The translations under genes and the position numbers were made by a program. Below the pieces are notes generated by a model. The model was not told the origin of the DNA and searched no databases. It was given only the letters and a program-made list of their open reading frames with translations. This document shows, one piece after another, positions 23,818 through 37,100 of a stretch of DNA of 64,000 nt. The stretch covers positions 15,235,432-15,299,431 of the forward strand of contig NC_092679.1 of the NCBI RefSeq assembly GCF_964355755.1, written 5' to 3'. The first letter of the stretch is position 1. Each line of letters opens with the position of its first letter. The DNA comes from Antedon mediterranea (Eukaryota; Animalia; Echinodermata).

Positions 23818-24557
23818 ATTTCTTCATTTTTTATTTGCGGATTCTGCCATTATTATATGTTTTTAACACCTCCTTCCTAGCTTTTACATTTGAGTTGGTA
23901 TTTAAAATTAGGTATTCAACATGTTTACCAATAATGTGCTTAGATATTCAACATGTTAACCAATAATGTGCTTAGGTATTCAACATGTTTACCAATAATG
24001 TGCTTAGCCGGTATTCAACATGTTTACCGTAAATGTGCTTAGGTATTCAACATGTTTACCAATAATGTGCTTAGGTATTCAACATGTTTACCAATAATGT
24101 GCTTAGATATTCAACATGTTAACCAATAATGTGCTTAGGTATTCAACATGTTTACCCATAATGTGCTTAGCCGGTATTCAACATGTTTACCCATAATGTG
24201 CTCAGGTATTCAACATGTTTACCAATAATGTGCTTAGGTATTCAACATGTTTACCGTAAATGTGCTTAGGTATTCAACATGTTTACCAATAATGTGCTTT
24301 GGTATTCAACATGTTTACCAATATGTGCTTAGGTATTCAACATGTTTACCAATAATGTGATTAGGTATTTAACATGTTACCAGTAATGTGCTTAGGTATT
24401 CAACATGTTACCAATAATGTGCTTTTGTATTCAACATGTTACCAATAATGTGCTTAGGCATTCAACATGTTACCACTAGCTTTGTCCTTATTACCATATT
24501 TATTCGTAATTTAAATGGATTAAAAAACTTTATGTAAACTACATTGTTGCTGTACGT

Positions 24558-27037
24558 GGTTTCGTAGTGTAGTGGTTATCACGTCTGCTTTACACGCAGA
24601 AGGTCCCCGGTTCGAGCCCGGGCGGAACCTGTTTTTTTGATTAATTGTTTTTTTTTTTATTGAAAGATACATTTTTAAAATTATTATTTATTTATTTACT
24701 GATTCAGGGTTATGTTATTTAAAGAGGCTTCGTAGTGTAGTGGTTATCACGTCTGCTTAACACGCAGAAGGTCCCCGGTTCGAGCCCGGGCGAAACCTAT
24801 TTTTTTAACATTATGGTGAAAAGTACTGTATACTCAATATAATATACTGTACAGTATATCTTATTTTTATTACTTTTTTAATATACTTATTTTGTGTAAT
24901 CGGTAATTATCACTTTTACACCTGTTTTTTTTTGGGCTTTGTGCTTATTACTATATTTTATTTGTAATTTAAACAGATTAAAAAACTTTGTGTAACGCAC
25001 ATTGTGGGTGCAAGTGGTTTCGTTGTGTAGTGGTTATCACGTCTGCTTAACACGCAGAAGGTCCCCGGTTCGAGCCCGGGCGAAACCTATTTCTTCATTA
25101 TTTATTTGCGGATTATATGTTTTTAACACCTCCTTCCAAGCTTTTACATTTTAGTTTGTTTTTGTCGTTTTTTGTTATTCAATTCGCTTCGGAAAAATTT
25201 GTAAATCACAGCATTATCTTACAAGCGGTTTCGTAGTGTAGTGGTTATCACGTCTGCTTCACACGCGGAACGTCCCCGATTCGAGCCCGGGCGAAACCTA
25301 TTTCTTCATTTTTTATTTGCGGATTCTGCCATTATTATATGTTTTTAACACCTCCTTCCTAGCTTTTACATTTGAATTTTTTGATTTTGTGGTTTTTTTG
25401 TTATTCAATTTGCTTCACAAAAATTTGTCAATCACAGCGTTATTCTTATACAATCGGTTTCGTGGTGTAGTGGTTATCACGTCTGCTTCACATGCAGAAG
25501 GTCCCCGGTTCGAGCCCGGGTGGAACCTGTTTTGTTTAATTGATTTCTTTTTATTGAAAAACATATATCCTTTTAAAATTTGGTATTCAACATGTTTACC
25601 AATAATGTGCTTAGATATTCAACATGTTAACCAATAATGTGCTTAGGTATTCAACATGTTTACCCATAATGTGCTTAGCCGGTTTTCAACATGTTTACCC
25701 ATAATGTGCTCAGGTATTCAACATGTTTACCAATAATGTGCTTAGGTATTCAACATGTTTACCGTAAATGTGCTTAGGTATTCAACATGTTTACCAATAA
25801 TGTGATTTGGTATTCAACATGTTTACCAATATGTGCTTAGGTTTTTAACATGTTTACCAATAATGTGCTTAGGTATTTAACATGTTACCAGTAATGTGCT
25901 TAGGTATTCAACATGTTACCAATAATGTGCTTTTGTATTCAACATGTTACCAATAATGTGCTTAGGCATTCAACATGTTACCACTAGCTTTGTGCTTATT
26001 ACCATATTTATTCGTAATTTAAATGGATTAAAAAACTTTATGTAAACTACGTTGTTGCTGTACGTGGTTTCGCAGTGTAGTGGTTATCACGTCTGCTTTA
26101 CACGCAGAAGGTCCCCGGTTCGAGCCCGGGCGGAACCTGTTTTTTGATTAATTGTTTTTTTTTTATTGAAAGATACATTTTTAAAATTATTATTTAAACA
26201 CTTAATTTACTGATTCAGCGTTATGTTATTTAAAGAGGCTTCGTAGTGTAATGGTTATCACGTCTGCTTAACACGCAGAAGGTCCCCGGTTCGAGCCCGG
26301 GCGAAACCTATTTTTTTAACATTATGGTGAAAAGTACTGTATACTCAATATAATATACCGTACAGTATATCTTATTTTTATTACTTTTTTAATATACTTA
26401 TTTTGTGTAATCGGTAATTATCACTTTTACACCTGTTTTTTTGGGCTTTGTGCTTATTACTATATTTATTTGTAATTTAAACAGATTAAAAAACTTTGTG
26501 TAACGCACATTGTTGGTGCAAGTGGTTTCGTAGTGTAGTGGTTATCACGTCTGCTTAACACGCAGAAGGTCCCCGGTTCGAGCCCGGGCGAAACCTATTT
26601 CTTCATTATTTATTTGAGGATTATATGTTTTTAACACCTCCTTCCAAGCTTTTACATTTTAGTTTGTTTTTGTCGTTTTTTGTTATTCAATTCGCTTTGC
26701 AAAAATTTGTAAATCACAGCGTTATACTTACAAGCGGTTTCGTAGTGTAGTGGTTATCACGTCTGCTTCACACGCGGAAGGTCCCCGATTCGAGCCCGGG
26801 CGAAACCTATTTCTTCATTTTTTATTTGCGGATTCTGCCATTATTATATGTTTTTAACACCTCCTTCCTAGCTTTTACATTTGAATTTTTTGATTTTGTG
26901 GTTTTTTTGTTATTCAATTTGCTTCACAAAAATTTGTCAATCACAGCGTTATTCTTATACAATCGGTTTCGTGGTGTAGTGGTTATCACGTCTGCTTCAC
27001 ACGCAGAAGGTCCCCGGTTCGAGCCCGGGTGGAACCT
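24558..27037 (+). tRNA. Two five-gene units of tRNA-Val
   Basis: Starts: 24558 TAC, 24726 AAC, 25016 AAC, 25227 CAC, 25456 CAC, 26066 TAC, 26237 AAC, 26524 AAC, 26736 CAC, 26965 CAC. Confidence 0.9.
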
Positions 27038-27545
27038 GTTTTGTTTAATTGATTTCTTTTTATTGAAAAACATAATATATCCTTTTAAAATTAGGTATTC
27101 AACATGTTTACCAATAATGTGCTTAGATATTCAACATGTTTACCAATAATGTGCTTAGCCGGTTTTCAACATGTTTACCCATAATGTGCTCAGGTATTCA
27201 ACATGTTTACCAATAATGTGCTTAGGTATTCAACATGTTTACCGTAAATGTGCTTAGGTATTCAACATGTTTACCAATAATGTGATTTGGTATTCAACAT
27301 GTTTACCAATATGTGCTTAGGTTTTTAACATGTTTACCAATAATGTGCTTAGGTATTTAACATGTTACCAGTAATGTGCTTAGGTATTCAACATGTTACC
27401 AATAATGTGCTTTTGTATTCAACATGTTACCAATAATGTGCTTAGGCATTCAACATGTTACCACTAGCTTTGTGCTTATTACCATATTTATTCGTAATTT
27501 AAATCGATTAAAAAACTTTATGTAAACTACGTTATTGCTGTACGT

Positions 27546-27618
27546 GGTTTCGTAGTGTAGTGGTTATCACGTCTGCTTTACACGCAGAAGGTCCCCGGTT
27601 CGAGCCCGGGCGGAACCT
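27546..27618 (+). tRNA. tRNA-Val(TAC), representative intact right-domain copy
   Basis: Perfect cloverleaf with A and B boxes. Confidence 0.93.
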
Positions 27619-27715
27619 GTTTCTTGATTAATTGTTTTTTTTTATTGAAAGGTACATTTTTAACATTATTATTTAAACACTTAATTTACTGATTCAGCGT
27701 TATGTTATTTAAAGA

Positions 27716-27788
27716 GGCTTCGTAGTGTAGTGGTTATCACGTCTGCTTAACACGCAGAAGGTCCCCGGTTCGAGCCCGGGCGAAACCT
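27716..27788 (+). tRNA. tRNA-Val(AAC), GGC-type (C3:A70)
   Basis: Cloverleaf, T7 terminator. Confidence 0.88.
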
Positions 27789-28002
27789 ATTTTTTTAACA
27801 TTATGGTGAAAAGTACTGTATACTCAATATAATATACCGTACAGTATATCTTATTTTTATTACTTTTTTAATATACTTATTTTGTGTAATCGGTAATTAT
27901 CACTTTTACACCTGTTTTTTTGGGCTTTGTGCTTATTACTATATTTATTTGTAATTTAAACAGATTAAAAAATGTTGTGTAACGCACATTGTTGGTGCAA
28001 GT

Positions 28003-28075
28003 GGTTTCGTAGTGTAGTGGTTATCACGTCTGCTTAACACGCAGAAGGTCCCCGGTTCGAGCCCGGGCGAAACCT
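28003..28075 (+). tRNA. tRNA-Val(AAC), fully paired acceptor stem
   Basis: Perfect cloverleaf. Confidence 0.93.
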
Positions 28076-28214
28076 ATTTCTTCATTATTTATTTGCGGAT
28101 TATATGTTTTTAACACCTCCTTCCAAGCTTTAACATTTTAGTTTGTTTTTGTCGTTTTTTGTTATTCAATTCGCTTCGGAAAAATTTGTAAATCACAGCA
28201 TTATACTTAGAAGC

Positions 28215-28287
28215 GGTTTCGTAGTGTAGTGGTTATCACCTCTGCTTCACACGCGGAAGGTCCCCGATTCGAGCCCGGGCGAAACCT
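28215..28287 (+). tRNA. tRNA-Val(CAC), G53A class (GATTCGA), probably defective
   Basis: A41G and G53A, plus G26C in this copy. Confidence 0.7.
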
Positions 28288-29511
28288 ATTTCTTCATTTT
28301 TTATTTGCGGATTCTTCCATTATTATATGTTTTTAACACCTCCTTCCTAGCTTTTACGTTTGAGTTTTTTGATTTTGTGGTTTTTTTGTTATTCAATTTG
28401 CTTCACAAAAATTTGTAAATCACAGCGTTATTCTTATACAATCGGTTTCGTGGTGTAGTGGTTATCACGTCTGCTTCACACGCAGAAGGTCCCCGGTTGG
28501 AGCCCGGGTGGAACCTGTTTTGTTTAATTGATTTCTTTTTATTGAAAAACATATATCCTTTTAAAATTAGGTATTCAACATGTTTATCAATAATGTGCTT
28601 AGATATTCAACATGTTAACCAATAATGTGCTTAGGTATTCAACATGTTTACCCATAATGTGCTTAGCCGGTTTTCAACATGTTTACCCATAATGTGCTCA
28701 GGTATTCAACATGTTTACCAATAATGTGCTTAGGTATTCAACATGTTTACCGTAAATGTGCTTAGGTATTCAACATGTTTACCAATAATATGCTTTGGTA
28801 TTCAACATGTTTACCAATATGTGCTTAGGTTTTCAACATGTTTACAAATAATGTGCTTAAGTATTTAACATGTTACCAGTAATGTGCTTAGGTATTCAAC
28901 ATGTTACCAATAATGTGCTTTTGTATTCAACATGTTACCAATAATGTGCTTAGGCATTCAACATGTTACCACTAGCTTTGTGCTTATTACCATATTTATT
29001 CGTAATTTAAATGGATTAAAAAACTTTATGTAAACTACGTTGTTGCTGTACGTGGTTTCGTAGTGTAGTGGTTATCACGTCTGCTTTACACGCAGAAGGT
29101 CCCCGGTTCGAGCCCGGGCGGAACCTGTTTTTTGATTAATTGGTTGTTTTTATTGAAATATACATTTTTAAAATTATTATTTATACACTTAATTTACTGA
29201 TTCAGCGTTATGTTATTTAAAGAGGCTTCGTAGTGTAGTGGTTATCACGTCAGCTTAACACGCAGAAGGTCCCCGGTTCGAGCCCAGGCGAAACCTATTT
29301 TTTTAACATTATGGTGAAAAGTACTGTATACGCAATATAATATACCGTACAGTATATCTTATTTTTATTACTTTTTTAATATACTTATTTTGTGTAATCG
29401 GTAATTATCACTTTTACACCTGTTTTTTTGGGCTTGGTGCTTATTACTATATTTTATTTGTAATTTAAACAGATTAAAAAACTTTGTGTAACGCACATTG
29501 TTGGTGCCAGT

Positions 29512-29571
29512 GGTTTCGTAGTGTAGTGGTTATCACGCAGAAGGTCCCCGGTTCGAGCCCGGGCGAAACCT
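29512..29571 (+). pseudogene. tRNA-Val with the 13-nt anticodon-arm deletion
   Basis: Identical to 21442. Confidence 0.9.
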
Positions 29572-31007
29572 ATTTCTTCATTATTTATTTGCGGATTATA
29601 TGTTTTTAACACCTCCTTCCAAGCTTTTACATTTTAGTTTGTTTTTTTCGTTTTTTGTTATTCAATTCGCTTTGCAAAAATTTGTGAATCACAGCATTAT
29701 ACTTACAAGCGGTTTCGTAGTGTAGTGGTTATCACGTCTGCTTCACACGTGGAAGGTCCCCGATTCGAGCCCGGGCGAAACCTATTTCTTCATTTTTTAT
29801 TTGCGGATTCTGCCATTATTATATGTTTTTAACACCTCCTTCCTAGCTTTAACATTTGACTTTTTTGATTTTGTGGTTTTTTTGTTATTCAATTTGCTTC
29901 ACAAAAATCTGTAAATCACAGCGTTATTCTTATACAATCGGTTTCGTGGTGTAGTGGTTATCACGTCTGCTTCACACGCAGAAGGTCCCCGGTTCGAGCC
30001 CGGGTGGAACCTGTTTTGTTTAATTGATTTCTTTTTATTGAAAAACATATATCCTTTTAAAATTAGGTATTCAACATGTTTACCAATAATGTGCTTAGAT
30101 ATTCAACATGTTAACCAATAATGTGCTTAGGTATTCAACATGTTTACCCATAATGTGCTTAGCCGGTTTTCAACATGTTTACCCATAATGTGCTCAGGTA
30201 TTCAACATGTTTACCAATAATGTGCTTAGGTTTTCAACATGTTTACCGTAAATGTGCTTAGGTATTCAACATGTTTACCAATAATATGCTTTGGTATTCA
30301 ACATGTTTACCAATATGTGCTTATGTTTTCAACATGTATACAAATAATGTGCTTAAGTATTTAACATGTTACCAGTAATGTGCTTAGGTATTCAACATGT
30401 TACCAATAATGTGCTTTTGTATTCAACATGTTACCAATAATGTGCTTAGGCATTCAACATGTTACCACTAGCTTTGTGCTTATTACCATATTTATTCGTA
30501 ATTTAAATGGATTAAAAAACTTTATGTAAACTACGTTGTTGCTGTACGTGGTTTCGTAGTGTAGTGGTTATCACGTCTGCTTTACACGCAGAAGGTCCCC
30601 GGTTCGAGCCCGGGCGGAACCTGTTTTTTGATTAATTGGTTTTTTTTATTGAAATATACATTTTTAAAATTATTATTTATACACTTAATTTACTGATTCA
30701 GCGTTATGTTATTTAAAGAGGCTTCGTAGTGTAGTGGTTATCACGTCAGCTTAACACGCAGAAGGTCCCCGGTTCGAGCCCAGGCGAAACCTATTTTTTT
30801 AACATTATGGTGAAAAGTACTGTATACGCAATATAATATACCGTACAGTATATCTTATTTTTATTACTTTTTTAATATACTTATTTTGTGTAATCGGTAA
30901 TTATCACTTTTACACCTGTTTTTTTGGGCTTGGTGCTTATTACTATATTTTATTTGTAATTTAAACAGATTAAAAAACTTTGTGTAACGCACATTGTTGG
31001 TGCCAGT

Positions 31008-31067
31008 GGTTTCGTAGTGTAGTGGTTATCACGCAGAAGGTCCCCGGTTCGAGCCCGGGCGAAACCT
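31008..31067 (+). pseudogene. tRNA-Val with the 13-nt anticodon-arm deletion
   Basis: Identical to 21442. Confidence 0.9.
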
Positions 31068-32909
31068 ATTTCTTCATTATTTATTTGCGGATTATATGTT
31101 TTTAACACCTCCTTCCAAGCTTTTACATTTTAGTTTGTTTTTTTCGTTTTTTGTTATTCAATTCGCTTTGCAAAAATTTGTGAATCACAGCATTATACTT
31201 ACAAGCGGTTTCGTAGTGTAGTGGTTATCACGTCTGCTTCACACGTGGAAGGTCCCCGATTCGAGCCCGGGCGAAACCTATTTCTTCATTTTTTATTTGC
31301 GGATTCTGCCATTATTATATGTTTTTAACACCTCCTTCCTAGCTTTAACATTTGACTTTTTTGATTTTGTGGTTTTTTTGTTATTCAATTTGCTTCACAA
31401 AAATCTGTAAATCACAGCGTTATTCTTATACAATCGGTTTCGTGGTGTAGTGGTTATCACGTCTGCTTCACACGCAGAAGGTCCCCGGTTCGAGCCCGGG
31501 TGGAACCTGTTTTGTTTAATTGATTTCTTTTTATTGAAAAACATATATCCTTTTAAAATTAGGTATTCAACATGTTTACCAATAATGTGCTTAGATATTC
31601 AACATGTTAACCAATAATGTGCTTAGGTATTCAACATGTTTACCCATAATGTGCTTAGCCGGTTTTCAACATGTTTACCCATAATGTGCTCAGGTATTCA
31701 ACATGTTTACCAATAATGTGCTTAGGTTTTCAACATGTTTACCGTAAATGTGCTTAGGTATTCAACATGTTTACCAATAATGTGCTTTGGTATTCAACAT
31801 GTTTACCAATATGTGCTTAGCTTTTCAACATGTTTACCAATAATGTGCTTAGGTATTTAACATGTTACCAGTAATGTGCTTAGGTATTCAACATGTTACC
31901 AATAATGTGCTTTTGTATTCAACATGTTACCAATAATGTGCTTAGGCATTCAACATGTTACCAGTAATGTGCTTAGGTATTCAACATGTTACCAATAATG
32001 TGCTTTTGTATTCAACATGTTACCAATAATGTGCTTAGGCATTCAACATGTTACCACTTATGTATTCAACATGTTTAACAATAATGTGCTTAAGTATTCA
32101 ACATGTTTTATCACTTTTACACATGTTTATTTAGCTTTGTGCTTATTAACATATTTATTCGTAATTTAAATGGATTAAAAAACTGTATGTAAACTACGTT
32201 GGTGCTGTACGTGGTTTCGTAGTGTAGTGGTTATCACGTCTGCTTTACACGCAGAAGGTTCCCGGTTCGAGCCCGGGTGGAACCTGTTTTTTGATTAATT
32301 AGTTTTTTTTTATTGAAAGATACATTTTTAAAATTATTATTTAAAAACTTAATTTACTGATTCAGCGTTATGTTATTTTAAGGGGCTTCGTAGTGTATTG
32401 GTTATCACGTCTGCTTAACACGCAGAAGGTCCCCGGTTCGAGCCCGGGCGAAACCTATTTTTTAACATTATGGGGAAAGTACTGTATACGCAATATAATA
32501 TATACCGTACAGTATACCTTATTTTTATTACTTTTTTAATATACTTATTTTGTGTAATCGGTAATTATCACTTTTACAACTGTCTTTTTGGCTTTGTGCT
32601 TATTACCATATTTATTTGTAATTTATACAGATTAAAAAACTTTGTGTAACGCACATTGTTGGTGCAAGTGGTTTCGTAGTGTAGTGGTTATCACGTCTGC
32701 TTAACACGCAGAAGGTCCCCGGTTCGAGCCCGGGCGAAACCTATTTCTCATTATTTATTTGCGGATTATATGTTTTTAACACCTCCTTCCAAGCTTTTAC
32801 ATTTTAGTTTGTTTTTGTCGTTTTTTGTTATTCAATTGGCTTCGCAAAAATGTGTAAATCACAGCATTATACTTACAAGCGGTTTCGTAGTGTATAGTGG
32901 TTATCACGT

Positions 32910-33334
32910 CAAAGAACTTATAACACAAGAATCTCCTGTTCTTCAATTTGCATTCAAAACACAGTATCGGAAGTACAGGGTTAAAAGGTCAAACTGGGCG
33001 ACGCCATTTCACAGCATGGAGCAGTGTCTTCTCCAAACTAGGAAGTCAATTACTCTACCCCCCCCCCCCCCCCTCCCCCTAGAGTATTAGCAGATCCCCT
33101 GTATGATTTTGACTTTCTAATTTGATGCGGGCGCCCTACTCTTCAGTCAATTACTCTATCCCCCCTAGAGCATTAGCAGATCCCCTCTATGATTTTGACT
33201 TTCTAATTTGATGCGGGCGCCCTACTCCATGGCTCACAATGGCGCCACCCATAGCTCTATTCTATCCCACAATGCCTTTCGAAATTGTTACGCGCTTCGG
33301 ACGAACAGGAGATTCTTGTGTTATAAGTTCTTTG
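32910..33334. mobile_element. Second copy of the P-like MITE, inside tRNA-Val(CAC) 32881-33389
   Basis: Same TIR, TSD and insertion site; the poly-C tract is 6 nt longer. Confidence 0.9.
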
Positions 33335-34129
33335 ATCACGTCTGCTTCACACGCGGAAGGTCCCCCCGATTCGAGCCCGGGCGAAACCTATTTCTTCATT
33401 TTTTATTTGCGGATTCTGCCATTATTATATGTTTTTAACACCTCCTTCCTAGCTTTTACATTTGAGTTGGTATTTAAAATTAGGTATTCAACATGTTTAC
33501 CAATAATGTGCTTAGATATTCAACATGTTAACCAATAATGTGCTTAGGTATTCAACATGTTTACCAATAATGTGCTTAGCCGGTATTCAACATGTTTACC
33601 GTAAATGTGCTTAGGTATTCAACATGTTTACCAATAATGTGCTTAGGTATTCAACATGTTTACCAATAATGTGCTTAGATATTCAACATGTTAACCAATA
33701 ATGTGCTTAGGTATTCAACATGTTTACCCATAATGTGCTTAGCCGGTATTCAACATGTTTACCCATAATGTGCTCAGGTATTCAACATGTTTACCAATAA
33801 TGTGCTTAGGTATTCAACATGTTTACCGTAAATGTGCTTAGGTATTCAACATGTTTACCAATAATGTGCTTTGGTATTCAACATGTTTACCAATATGTGC
33901 TTAGGTATTCAACATGTTTACCAATAATGTGCTTAGGTATTTAACATGTTACCAGTAATGTGCTTAGGTATTCAACATGTTACCAATAATGTGCTTTTGT
34001 ATTCAACATGTTACCAATAATGTGCTTAGGCATTCAACATGTTACCACTAGCTTTGTCCTTATTACCATATTTATTCGTAATTTAAATGGATTAAAAAAC
34101 TTTATGTAAACTACATTGTTGCTGTACGT

Positions 34130-37100
34130 GGTTTCGTAGTGTAGTGGTTATCACGTCTGCTTTACACGCAGAAGGTCCCCGGTTCGAGCCCGGGCGGAAC
34201 CTGTTTTTTGATTAATTGTTTTTTTTTTATTGAAAGATACATTTTTAAAATTATTATTTATTTATTTACTGATTCAGGGTTATGTTATTTAAAGAGGCTT
34301 CGTAGTGTAGTGGTTATCACGTCTGCTTAACACGCAGAAGGTCCCCGGTTCGAGCCCGGGCGAAACCTATTTTTTTAACATTATGGTGAAAAGTACTGTA
34401 TACTCAATATAATATACTGTACAGTATATCTTATTTTTATTACTTTTTTAATATACTTATTTTGTGTAATCGGTAATTATCACTTTTACACCTGTTTTTT
34501 TGGGCTTTGTGCTTATTACTATATTTTATTTGTAATTTAAACAGATTAAAAAACTTTGTGTAACGCACATTGTGGGTGCAAGTGGTTTCGTTGTGTAGTG
34601 GTTATCACGTCTGCTTAACACGCAGAAGGTCCCCGGTTCGAGCCCGGGCGAAACCTATTTCTTCATTATTTATTTGCGGATTATATGTTTTTAACACCTC
34701 CTTCCAAGCTTTTACATTTTAGTTTGTTTTTGTCGTTTTTTGTTATTCAATTCGCTTCGGAAAAATTTGTAAATCACAGCGTTATACTTACTAGCGGTTT
34801 CGTAGTGTAGTGGTTATCACGTCTGCTTCACACGCGGAAGGTCCCCGATTCGAGCCCGGGCGAAACCTATTTCTTCATTTTTTATTTGCGGATTCTGCCA
34901 TTATTATATGTTTTTAACACCTCCTTCCTAGCTTTTACATTTGAGTTTTTTGATTTTGTAGTTTTTTTGTTATTCAATTTGCTTCACAAAAATTTGTAAA
35001 TCACAGCGTTATTCTTATACAATCGGTTTCGTGGTGTAGTGGTTATCACGTCTGCTTCACATGCAGAAGGTCCCCGGTTCGAGCCCGGGTGGAACCTGTT
35101 CTGTTTAATTGATTTCTTTTTATTGAAAAACATATATTTTTTATTGAAAGATACATTTTTAAAATTATTATTTAAACACTTAATTTACTGATTCAGCGTT
35201 ATGTTATTTAAAGAGGCTTCGTAGTGTAGTGGTTATCACGTCTGCTTAACACGCAGAAGGTCCCGGGTTCGAGCCCGGGCGAAACCTATTTTTTTAACAT
35301 TTTGGTGAAAAGTACTGTATACTCAATATAATATACCGTACAGTATATCTTATTTTTATTACTTTTTTAATATACTTATTTTGTGTAATCGGTAATTATC
35401 ACTTTTACACCTGTTTTTTTTGGGCTTTGTGCTTATTACTATATTTATTTATATTATATGTTTTTAACACCTCCTTCCTAGCTTTTACATTTGAGTTTTT
35501 TGATTTTGTAGTTTTTTTGTTATTCAATTTGCTTCACAAAAATTTGTAAATCACAGCGTTATTCTTATACAATCGGTTTCGTGGTGTAGTGGTTATCACG
35601 TCTGCTTCACACGCAGAAGGTCCCCGGTTCGAGCCCGGGTGGAACCTGTTCTGTTTAATTGATTTCTTTTTATTGAAAAACATATATCCTTTTAAAATAA
35701 GGTATTCAACATGTTTACCAATAATGTGCTTAGATATTCAACATGTTAACCAATAATGTGCTTAGGTATTCAACATGTTTACCCATAATGTGCTTAGCCG
35801 GTTTTCAACATGTTTACCCATAATGTGCTCAGGTATTCAACATGTTTACCAATAATGTGCTTAGGTATTCAACATGTTTACCGTAAATGTGCTTAGGTAT
35901 TCAACATGTTTACCAATAATATGCTTTGGTATTCAACATGTTTACCAATATGTCCTTAGGTTTTCAACATGTTTACAAATAATGTGCTTAGGTATTTAAC
36001 ATGTTACCAGTAATGTGCTTAGGTATTCAACATGTTACCAATAATGTGCTTTTGTATTCAACATGTTACCAATAATGTGCTTAGGCATTCAACATGTTAC
36101 CACTAGCTTTGTGCTTATTACCATATTTATTCGTAATTTAAATGGATTAAAAAACTTTATGTAAACTACGTTGTTGCTGTACGTGGTTTCGTAGTGTAGT
36201 GGTTATCACGTCTGCTTTACACGCAGAAGGTCCCCGGTTCGAGCCCGGGCGGAACCTGTTTTTTGATTAATTGTTTTTTTTTTAATTGAAAGATACATTT
36301 TTAAAATTATTATTTAAACACTTAATTTACTGATTCAGCGTTATGTTACTTAAAGAGGCTTCGTAGTGTAATGGTTATCACGTCTGCTTAACACGCAGAA
36401 GGTCCCCGGTTCGAGCCCGGGCGAAACCTATTTTTTTAACATTATGGTGAAAAGTACTGTATACTCAATATAATATACCGTACAGTATATCTTATTTTTA
36501 TTACTTTTTTAATATACTTATTTTGTGTAATCGGTAATTATCACTTTTACACCTGTTTTTTTGGGCTTTGTGCTTATTACTATATTTATTTGTAATTTAA
36601 ACAGATTAAAAAACTTTGTGTAACGCACATTGTTGGTGCAAGTGGTTTCGTAGTGTAGTGGTTATCACGTCTGCTTAACACGCAGAAGGTCCCCGGTTCG
36701 AGCCCGGGCGAAACCTATTTCTTCATTATTTATTTGAGGATTATATGTTTTTAACACCTCCTTCCAAGCTTTTACATTTTAGTTTGTTTTTGTCGTTTTT
36801 TGTTATTCAATTCGCTTTGCAAAAATTTGTAAATCACAGCGTTATACTTACAAGCGGTTTCGTAGTGTAGTGGTTATCACGTCTGCTTCACACGCGAAAG
36901 GTCCCCGATTCGAGCCCGGGCGAAACCTATTTCTTCATTTTTTATTTGCGGATTCTGCCATTATTATATGTTTTTAACACCTCCTTCCTAGCTTTTACAT
37001 TTGAATTTTTTGATTTTGTGGTTTTTTTGTTATTCAATTTGCTTCACAAAAATTTGTCAATCACAGCGTTATTCTTATACAATCGGTTTCGTGGTGTAGT

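Larger units (their letters stand above)
28444..32742 (+). tRNA. tRNA-Val loci
   Basis: Starts: 28444 CAC, 29054 TAC, 29224 AAC, 29512 deleted, 29711 CAC, 29940 CAC, 30550 TAC, 30720 AAC, 31008 deleted, 31207 CAC, 31436 CAC, 32213 TAC, 32384 AAC, 32670 AAC. Confidence 0.9.
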